Assembly: GCA_040752695.1 (NCBI GenBank)
Contig: JBFMGO010000088.1
Coordinates: 1 to 25,879 of the forward strand
Direction: 5' to 3'
Length of the DNA: 25,879 bases
Origin: a bacterium
GTDB lineage: Bacteria; SZUA-182; DTGQ01
In this document: positions 18,782-25,879 of the stretch, one piece after another
How positions within the stretch are numbered: the stretch's first letter is position 1
How the letters are laid out: each line of letters opens with the position of its first letter
Made by a program: the position numbers and the translations under genes
Notes under the pieces: model-generated
What the model was told of the DNA's origin: nothing
The model's database searches: none
What the model saw: the letters and a program-made list of their open reading frames with translations, nothing else

Positions 18782-18872
18782 TGTACCAGGGAATTCTAAC
18801 CTCTGGCAAAGGTCTTTTACCAGGCCACAAAGACCGCGAACCAAACTGGTCAGAAAATTCCCACAGCTTACA
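18782..18872 (-). other. Long imperfect RNA hairpin directly after the stop of the Gly/Pro-rich gene
   Basis: Nested pairings GGGAATT/AATTCCC, CTGACC/GGTTAG, TTTGGT/GCCAGA and GGTCTTT/AAAGACC. Confidence 0.6.
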
Positions 18873-20246
18873 CTAAAGCACCGGAGGGAATCCGAACGGT
18901 CCAAGCGGGGGGAGAAACGGAACCGGTAAAGGTGAGCGATACCCCAAAAGACCGAAAGGAGGATATCCGGCAGGTAGTGCAAAAGGTGCCACAGACCCAA
19001 GAGGCGCACGGAGAGAAAATGGCGCAAATGGTAAAAGTGACGCAAATGGTGAAAGTGGCGAAGAAGAAAGATACAACCTGCTGGCCTGGGCCATGGCCAG
19101 AGAGGATAAAGAATCGAGCTGAGATATGGCTTGTCCAAATCTTGAAAGTCCCAGAAAAGATGCATCCCTGGTACCGCTCAAAAGCTCACCGTTCGGTCCG
19201 TAAATAGTGACGAAAGGAGAGGCAATCAGGGTATTGATACTGTTGATGGCCGGTGTATAGCCAATGCTATTGAGATCCACGGCACCGACTGGCGGTTTCA
19301 TGGAGTAGACGGACTGCACAAAAGGTGTGGTGATTGTCTCTGTATTTGCAGCAGTCTGAGTAACGACTCCGGTATAAACTCCTCCCCGGAAAAAGTTATT
19401 GACTACGGCGAAATTATGCGGATCTACCGGTGCGTAAATCCCCATGCAATCCAGGTTGATGTATTTGCGGGTTATGGGAGGAGGGAGAGATACAGAGGGA
19501 AGATCGTCGTAATATATCTTGGTGATTAATCCTGTATCCGGAGGTTGATACACTGCCGGTCCGGTCCAGAGAAGACCGGTGGTCGAAGGCGGCGTAATCA
19601 AAAGGGGCTGCGGAACAACCGGGATGGTGGCTGTCGTCGGCACAGAGGGAGCCAGCACGGTACTCACGGCCGGATTTACCACCGGTGAAAAAGGCGGTGT
19701 GCCGGGACTACTGCCTGGCTTGCCGTAACCTCCCAATCCGCCGTAGCTTGGACCGGTACTTTTCCCTGGGAATCCGCCCGATGAAACAGCACTGAAGCCG
19801 CCGCCTGTTCCCCCCAAAGAGAAGCCTCCTCCTCCACTAACGCCGGAGAAGCCGCCGGTGCCAATGCCACCACCGCCAATGCCAACACTGCCGAAGCCGC
19901 CGCCACTCAGTCCTGCGCCATACAGGCCGCTGCCGCCAATGCTTCCAGCACCGAATCCACCGCCGCCGCTGCTGCCGAAGCTGCCAGGTCCGCCCAGGCT
20001 TCCTCCTCCCCACGTCCCTGATCCAAAAGGGCCGGTGCCGAAAGAGACTGTGGCAGCGAAAAGCTGTCCATACCGGGTTACCGGTGATATGGCAGTCCCT
20101 GCCAAAGGCGATACGGGAGTCGCTGCAGGAGAAAAATAGGCGAAAGTGTTCGCCGGGAAGGTAAGCATGACGGTGATAACGGCAAAGATGGCGATCGTGA
20201 CTGAAAAGATAGCTGATTCATAAACTTTCAATAACCTTGGACTCAT
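18873..20246 (-). CDS. Secreted Gly/Ser-rich and Pro-rich low-complexity protein of unknown function
   Basis: RBS AAGGAGG; signal-like N-terminus ending TFA-Y; GGF/GGI/GGY tract; Pro/Thr linker; C-terminal PF/PL repeats. Confidence 0.8.
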   Translation of the reverse strand: MSPRLLKVYESAIFSVTIAIFAVITVMLTFPANTFAYFSPAATPVSPLAGTAISPVTRYGQLFAATVSFGTGPFGSGTWGGGSLGGPGSFGSSGGGGFGAGSIGGSGLYGAGLSGGGFGSVGIGGGGIGTGGFSGVSGGGGFSLGGTGGGFSAVSSGGFPGKSTGPSYGGLGGYGKPGSSPGTPPFSPVVNPAVSTVLAPSVPTTATIPVVPQPLLITPPSTTGLLWTGPAVYQPPDTGLITKIYYDDLPSVSLPPPITRKYINLDCMGIYAPVDPHNFAVVNNFFRGGVYTGVVTQTAANTETITTPFVQSVYSMKPPVGAVDLNSIGYTPAINSINTLIASPFVTIYGPNGELLSGTRDASFLGLSRFGQAISQLDSLSSLAMAQASRLYLSSSPLSPFASLLPFAPFSLRAPLGSVAPFALPAGYPPFGLLGYRSPLPVPFLPPLGPFGFPPVL

Positions 20247-20467
20247 CTCTCTCCTCCTTGAAATAATGAAAAAAGGATAAGCCTGCTTTTTTCATAAACC
20301 GGCCCTTTAGGGAACCGGAAAACTCCAAATCTATGGGGAAAAAATATACTCAGGATCTGGCACCTATAGCCTTTTTATTTTTTGAATAGTAATGCTTAAG
20401 CAGCTTATCGTAATCTTAGTTGTGTACTTGAGTGAATGCCGGCGGGGAGAATTAATCAGAACAATTT

Positions 20468-20496
20468 ATTTTAGTCTAATTAATCTCTTTTGTAAA
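20468..20496 (-). promoter_or_regulatory. Sigma70 promoter for the Gly/Pro-rich gene
   Basis: Minus strand TTTACA-17 nt-TAAAAT; implies a leader of about 215 nt. Confidence 0.6.
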
Positions 20497-20824
20497 GAAA
20501 AAGTGAATTTTAAGAGGGAAAAACCTGGAGAATTTTTTGCCGATCACCTCCTTCGCTCCTCAGGTCAAGCAGTTATCAGCCCGTCTTTCCCCCGATAATG
20601 ATTGCCTCATCCCCATTGGCAAAAAAGCTGGTATACGCCTTCATTCCAACGCGATGGAACTCGGCCTCTATCTCTTGCAGGGTTATGGGCATGGCAGTTA
20701 CCTAATCTTTCAGGTCGCTCCGGCTACAAGGGGGAAAGAAATAATTCCTGGTTACATTTCTCCTTGTTTTGGTGTATGATAGGGATTCTTGTACGTAAAA
20801 AAGAGAAATTAGCCGGAGGTACTC

Positions 20825-22639
20825 ATGCTCGAAACAGACACCAAGGAAACAGTCACCAAGTATGACGAGAGTAAGATCAAGACTCTCTCCTCTTTGGAAC
20901 ATATCCGACTTCGCTACGGGATGTATATTGGCCGGTTGGGAGATGGCTCGGATCACGACGATGGAATCTATATCCTGATAAAAGAGGTAGTTGATAATGC
21001 TGTAGATGAATATGTCATGGGCCATGGTAAAAAAATCATTATCCGGATTGAAGAAAATCTGGTGAGTGTGCGCGATTTTGGCCGCGGAATCCCTTTGGGG
21101 AAATTAATCGATTGCGTTTCCAGGATCAATACCGGTGCGAAATACGATCAGGATGTATTTCGGTTTTCGGTAGGACTGAACGGCGTGGGGTGCAAGGCGG
21201 TAAATGCGCTTTCCGAACACTTTGTGGCCAGATCGTTCAGAGAGGGGCAATGCCGCGAGATCCACTTTGCAAAGGGCGTTCTGCAAAAGGATCAGACCTC
21301 GACAAGCACCGAGCCCAATGGAACGTATATCGAATTTAGGCCGGACCAGTCCATTTTCCCTCCTTATCAGTTTAAACCGCAGCTTGTCGAGAAGCGGCTG
21401 TGGCACTATGCCTACCTGAACACGGGGCTTGTGCTCCAGTATAACGATCAGACCATTGTTTCGAAAAGAGGTCTGTTCGATCTGCTTGCGGTCGAACTCG
21501 AAGATGCCGCTTTATATCCGATCATCCATTATTCGTCAGAGCGGCTGGAATTTTCCTTCACTCATACGGATAGCTACGGCGATACCTATTATTCGTTCGT
21601 CAACGGGCAGTATACGACGGATGGCGGCACTCATCAATCCGCCTTCCGGGAAGGAACCCTGAAAGGAATCAACGATTATGCAGCTAAATCCTTTAACGCG
21701 GCGGACGTACGCGATGGCATGGTAGGAGCCATTGCCATCCGGATCAATGAGCCGGTTTTCGAATCGCAAACCAAGAATAAACTCGGCAATACCGATATCC
21801 GCAGTTGGATCGTGGGAGAGGTAAAAGATCATGTCTCCGATTTTCTTCATAAAAATCCAGAGATTGCCGAGTCCGTTCTTAAGAAAATCGCTGCCAACGA
21901 AAAAATACGGATGGAACTGCAAGGGGTAAAGAAGGAAGCACGGGAGCTGGCCAAAAAGACTTCGGTCAAGGTGCCCAATTTCAGAGATTGCAAGCGGCAC
22001 AGGGGCGATAATTCCTCCGAAGGGGAAAGGTCCATGATCTTTATTACCGAAGGGCAATCCGCAGCGGGCTCCATGGTCACCTGCCGGGATGTCATGACCC
22101 AGGCCATTTTCTCTCTCAAAGGGAAGCCTTTGAACTGCTGCGATGAAAGTTTAAGCAGGATTTATAAAAACGAAGAGCTGTATAACATCATGAAAGCTCT
22201 GGGCATCGAAGAATCGATCGACGGGCTGCGGTTTCAGAAGATCGTCCTGGCTACTGATTCCGATGTCGATGGCCTGCATATCCGCAACCTGCTCCTGACC
22301 TACTTCCTGAAATTCTTCGAACCTTTGGTCTTGAAAAGACATGTTTTTATCCTGGAGACGCCGCTCTTTCGCGTAAGGGACCCGAAACGGACCCTGTACT
22401 GCTACACCGAAAAAGAAAAAAATGCGGCAGTGAAAAAGATCGGTCCAAGGGCTGAAATTACCAGGTTCAAAGGGCTTGGAGAAATCTCGCCCAGGGAATT
22501 CGGCCAGTTCATCGGACAGGACATTCGCCTGATACAGGTGACCGTGGATGAATTGAAGAAGGTGCCGGAGATTTTGCAGTTTTACATGGGGAAGAATACC
22601 CCTGAGAGAAAAGAATACATCATGGAAAACCTGATTTAA
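20825..22639 (+). CDS. parE: Type IIA topoisomerase subunit B (topoisomerase IV-like)
   Basis: GMYIG, EVVDNAVDE, DFGRGIP, GLNGVG, TEGQSAAG, LKGKPLN, DSDVDGLHI and RFKGLGE motifs; RBS GGAGG. Confidence 0.93.
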   Translation: MLETDTKETVTKYDESKIKTLSSLEHIRLRYGMYIGRLGDGSDHDDGIYILIKEVVDNAVDEYVMGHGKKIIIRIEENLVSVRDFGRGIPLGKLIDCVSRINTGAKYDQDVFRFSVGLNGVGCKAVNALSEHFVARSFREGQCREIHFAKGVLQKDQTSTSTEPNGTYIEFRPDQSIFPPYQFKPQLVEKRLWHYAYLNTGLVLQYNDQTIVSKRGLFDLLAVELEDAALYPIIHYSSERLEFSFTHTDSYGDTYYSFVNGQYTTDGGTHQSAFREGTLKGINDYAAKSFNAADVRDGMVGAIAIRINEPVFESQTKNKLGNTDIRSWIVGEVKDHVSDFLHKNPEIAESVLKKIAANEKIRMELQGVKKEARELAKKTSVKVPNFRDCKRHRGDNSSEGERSMIFITEGQSAAGSMVTCRDVMTQAIFSLKGKPLNCCDESLSRIYKNEELYNIMKALGIEESIDGLRFQKIVLATDSDVDGLHIRNLLLTYFLKFFEPLVLKRHVFILETPLFRVRDPKRTLYCYTEKEKNAAVKKIGPRAEITRFKGLGEISPREFGQFIGQDIRLIQVTVDELKKVPEILQFYMGKNTPERKEYIMENLI

Positions 22640-22667
22640 TGAGGGAATTGACAGCGAGAGGAGAACC

Positions 22668-24584
22668 ATGAGCTTACAAGCTTTAATGGGGCAGAATTTT
22701 ATCGAATACGCCTCATATGTCATCAAGGATCGGGCTATACCGGAGATCAATGACGGATTTAAGCCGGTTCAGCGCCGCATCCTCCATTCTCTTTTCGAGA
22801 TGGACGATGGGAAGTTCAACAAGGTGGCCAACGTGGTCGGTCACTGCATGAAATATCATCCTCACGGCGATGCTTCCATCTATGATGCTCTGGTCAATCT
22901 GGCCAATAAGGATTATTTCATCGAGAAGCAGGGAAACTTCGGCAATATCTATACCGGTGATGCTGCCTCGGCAGCCCGTTACATCGAGTGCCGCCTGACG
23001 CCGCTGGCCAAAGAGACCCTTTTTAACAAGGACATTACCGAGTACTCGGACTCTTATGACGGCCGCAACAAAGAGCCGGTGTTTTTACCCTGCAAGCTCC
23101 CTGTCCTGCTCATGATGGGTACGGAAGGGATTGCCGTGGGCATGGCCACCAGGATCATTCCCCACAATTTTACCGAACTTTTAGAGGGGCAGATCAAGAT
23201 CCTGAAAAATGAAGAGGTGGAAATTTATCCGGACTTTCTCCAGGGAGGGATCATGGATGTCACCGAGTATAACAGGGGAAACGGCAAAGTCAGGGTCAGG
23301 GCGGTTATCGAGCCTAAGGGGCCGAAATCTCTCGTTATCCGGGAAATCCCGTTCGGAACGACCACCGAATCAGTGATCAGCTCTATTGAAAATGCAGCTA
23401 AAAGAGGGAAGATCAAGATCAGCCAGATTAACGATTTTACTGCCGAAAGTGTGGAAATCGAGGTTGTTCCGGCCAAGGGAATAGGCTCAGAAGAGCTTCT
23501 GCCTGCCCTCTACGCCTTTACCGATTGTGAGGTCTCGATCTCGGCCAACCTCATTACCATCTGTGATAATAAGCCTCGACAATATACCGTCAATGACGTT
23601 TTACGGCACAATACCTTCCGGCTGAAAGGGTACCTTGAGGCCGAATTGCTGATCAATCTGCACCGCCAAAAAGAGAAATGGCACGAGAAGACGCTGATCC
23701 AGATCTTTATCGAAAACCGCATCTATAAGGATATTGAAGAAAAAAAGAGCTACGAGGAAGTGCAAGATGCCGTTCTGACAGGCGTAAACGCTTTCCGTCA
23801 CCTTTTGCAGCGCGATGTGACCATGGAGGACGTAGAGCTTCTTTTGCAGATTCAGATCAAGCGGATCTCCCGGTTCGACCTGGAAAAAAATTCCAGGGAG
23901 TTGCAGGAAATCCAAAAGAATATCCTGCAGATTCAAAAGGATCTTGCTGACTTGACTGGTTACACCATCCGCTTCATTCAAAAGCTGCTGAAAAAGTACG
24001 GACCTTCGTATCCTCGCCGGACCAGAGTGCAATCCTTTGGAAGCATCGATGCCAAAAAGGTCGCTCTGGCTCATCTCAAGGTGCGCTACGATGAGGAAAA
24101 GGGGTATCTGGGAACGGAAGTGAAAGAGGGAAAGCTCATTAATGTCAGTGACTATGACCGGATCTTATATATCCAGCGCAATGGAACCTACATCGTGACC
24201 TCGGTTCCGAAGAAAAAATTCATCGGCGAAGACCTGCTCTTTGTTGATAAATTAGATAAGAGCGTGATATTTAACCTTATTTATAAAGACCCTGATTCGG
24301 GTTTATCCTATTGCAAACGGTTTCAGATCGAAAAATTTATCCTGGATAAGGAATACCCGCTTTTTAAGACCGGAGGCAAGGTTCAGGCCTTTACGACAGG
24401 AGAGCGGTTCCGGGTGCGGGTGAAATATAAACCACAAAAGCGGATCAAAGTGACTTCCGAAGCGTTTGATTTTAGTGGCCAGTTAATTAAAGGGGTGGCC
24501 AGTTTGGGGAACCGGGTATCAACAAAAGAAATTGTTCAAATAAATCTGGAGAAGTATGTCCAGGAAACAATATGTGAGGAGTGA
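22668..24584 (+). CDS. parC: Type IIA topoisomerase subunit A (topoisomerase IV-like)
   Basis: DGFKPVQRRIL, YHPHGD, catalytic AARYIE and GIAVGMAT motifs; short CTD with no recognisable GyrA-box. Confidence 0.92.
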   Translation: MSLQALMGQNFIEYASYVIKDRAIPEINDGFKPVQRRILHSLFEMDDGKFNKVANVVGHCMKYHPHGDASIYDALVNLANKDYFIEKQGNFGNIYTGDAASAARYIECRLTPLAKETLFNKDITEYSDSYDGRNKEPVFLPCKLPVLLMMGTEGIAVGMATRIIPHNFTELLEGQIKILKNEEVEIYPDFLQGGIMDVTEYNRGNGKVRVRAVIEPKGPKSLVIREIPFGTTTESVISSIENAAKRGKIKISQINDFTAESVEIEVVPAKGIGSEELLPALYAFTDCEVSISANLITICDNKPRQYTVNDVLRHNTFRLKGYLEAELLINLHRQKEKWHEKTLIQIFIENRIYKDIEEKKSYEEVQDAVLTGVNAFRHLLQRDVTMEDVELLLQIQIKRISRFDLEKNSRELQEIQKNILQIQKDLADLTGYTIRFIQKLLKKYGPSYPRRTRVQSFGSIDAKKVALAHLKVRYDEEKGYLGTEVKEGKLINVSDYDRILYIQRNGTYIVTSVPKKKFIGEDLLFVDKLDKSVIFNLIYKDPDSGLSYCKRFQIEKFILDKEYPLFKTGGKVQAFTTGERFRVRVKYKPQKRIKVTSEAFDFSGQLIKGVASLGNRVSTKEIVQINLEKYVQETICEE

Positions 24585-24589
24585 GGGAC

Positions 24590-25879
24590 ATGGGACTGCT
24601 AAAAATTTTTTCCGGTAAAAAGCCTGAAGAGTTCGAGCAAAAAGGGGACGCTTTGTTCGAATCGAAGGAATACGGAGCAGCCAAGATCGAATACGAGGCT
24701 GCTTTAAGCAGGCTGGAGAAAGTATCTCCGGATGATGAAAACCTGAAAGGCAGGCTTCAGCAAAAACTCATACAGGCCAGGGACAATCTGGCCCGGATGC
24801 ATCAGCAGGCAGCAAAAGAGATGATGGATGCTGAAGAATACGACCAGGCAGAGGAAAGGCTCCGGCTGGCCCTGGAATTGGCCGAAGATCCGGAGCTCAC
24901 GGTCAGTATCGAGGATCAGTTGCGGGAAATCGACAGCCGCTTTACCGTGGATATGGATGGAGGTTTATCCCCTCTCGATCTTCGCGAAGGGGATGTCGAG
25001 GACCCTGACTATCAGGAGCGGGTGGATGAGTATTTTGCTGTCCTGTGCGGCTCTCTGCCCGAAAACATGATGGAGGCTTACCAGGCCTATGGAGATGATT
25101 TCAAGATAGGTTATGTGGCCTTGAATCATGGAGATTTCGACCTTGCTCTGGCCAAGCTGGAACAGGCCATGAAGGAGACACCCTATCCGAGCTTTATCCC
25201 TCTGGAGCTGGCCAAAGCACACCTTAATCTGGACCAGTACGCAGAAATGATTCCTCTTTTGGAGAACCTCCTCAAGGTTCATAATGATTTATTTCAGGGG
25301 TATCAGCTTATGTGCGAGGCCTATTGGGGAATGCAAAAGTTCGATCTGGCACAGCAGATTCTCTTTTCCTGCCCGCCGGAGTTGGCCGACTCACTCCCGG
25401 TCCATCTGCTTCAGGGCGAAACCCTGTTCAGAGCCAAGAGTTATGCGGAAGCCGAATCCTTCTATCTGAAATGCATGGAATCGTTCGGCTGGGACGAAAA
25501 TATCGCCCGCCCTCTGGCCCTGACCTATGAGGCCATGGGGGAGAAGGAGAAAGCCCGTGACCTCTATGGCGAAATAATGGATGAATGCCGCGGCTGCGGA
25601 TTTCGGGTGGATCCTTTTATCAAGCAAAGATATGCAGACCTTTTGTTTGAGTCCGGAGACTGCTCGACCAAGCTTCTGGAACTGTATATTTCCCTGGTTC
25701 ACGAGGACCCGGCCAACAGGGTTTATTATTACCGGAAGGTCAGTCAAATTTACTCAACCAGGGGGAACGAAAGCGAAGCCCGGAGGTATCAGGTGTTTGC
25801 CAGAAAGCTTGAGGCAGGAGAACCCGGGGAGGCTGAGGAACCTGAAGAAACCGACGAATACGAAGGAGTTGAACAAGGC
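24590..25879 (+). CDS. Tetratricopeptide-repeat protein, 3' end beyond the window (absent from the ORF track)
   Basis: ATG 24590, open to the window end by manual translation: MGLLKIFSGKKPEEFEQKGDALFESKEYGAAKIEYEAAL... Multiple TPR-like helices, a CRGCG motif and an acidic tail. Confidence 0.85.
   Translation, partial: MGLLKIFSGKKPEEFEQKGDALFESKEYGAAKIEYEAALSRLEKVSPDDENLKGRLQQKLIQARDNLARMHQQAAKEMMDAEEYDQAEERLRLALELAEDPELTVSIEDQLREIDSRFTVDMDGGLSPLDLREGDVEDPDYQERVDEYFAVLCGSLPENMMEAYQAYGDDFKIGYVALNHGDFDLALAKLEQAMKETPYPSFIPLELAKAHLNLDQYAEMIPLLENLLKVHNDLFQGYQLMCEAYWGMQKFDLAQQILFSCPPELADSLPVHLLQGETLFRAKSYAEAESFYLKCMESFGWDENIARPLALTYEAMGEKEKARDLYGEIMDECRGCGFRVDPFIKQRYADLLFESGDCSTKLLELYISLVHEDPANRVYYYRKVSQIYSTRGNESEARRYQVFARKLEAGEPGEAEEPEETDEYEGVEQG

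Noticed and set aside
18713..19207. Alternative-frame ORFs with repeats (HLRHF..., QMVKV...)
   Set aside because: By-products of the 18-bp repeats in the Gly/Pro-rich gene; no independent RBS support.
20281..20370. Possible c-di-GMP-I riboswitch or sigma54 site (TGGCACCTATAGC)
   Set aside because: The GEMM core motifs are not present on the mRNA strand, and GG-GC spacing is 8 rather than 10.
114..25747. Numerous short antisense or overlapping ORFs in the six-frame track
   Set aside because: They are shadows of well-supported genes, with no recognisable motifs.

Overview
Bacterial chromosomal window. The gene content (sigma54 promoter, Cys-rich PAS kinase, CZB chemoreceptor) is suggestive of a Desulfobacterota/Nitrospirota-like anaerobe, but taxonomy is not established. 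Left half (1-10.6 kb) is accessory: a probable IS end truncating a PAS-PAS histidine kinase; a 79-aa orphan under a sigma54 promoter with three palindromic enhancer-like sites; an Fe/Mn SOD with an N-terminal signal peptide; a PRT; a GGCT; an atypical CX8CX2C radical SAM enzyme; a decayed CZB-MCP pseudogene; a pRiA4b ORF-3 protein; a short MscS; a 511-aa membrane-anchored protein with a probable papain-like Cys-His-Glu triad; and a small coiled-coil/TM protein. The middle is the housekeeping run rpsO-pnp-M16 peptidase-dut-MBL hydrolase-tyrS-pyk on the minus strand. Next is a secreted Gly/Pro-rich low-complexity protein flanked by a long structured leader and a rod-like 3' hairpin. The window ends with topoisomerase IV-like parE/parC and a TPR gene running off the right edge. 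No rRNA, tRNA or CRISPR array was seen. I could not demonstrate a complete new multi-gene system. The best leads are the Gly/Pro-rich secreted protein locus, the candidate cysteine protease, the dual-start SOD, the sigma54 module and an apparent ATT start codon.
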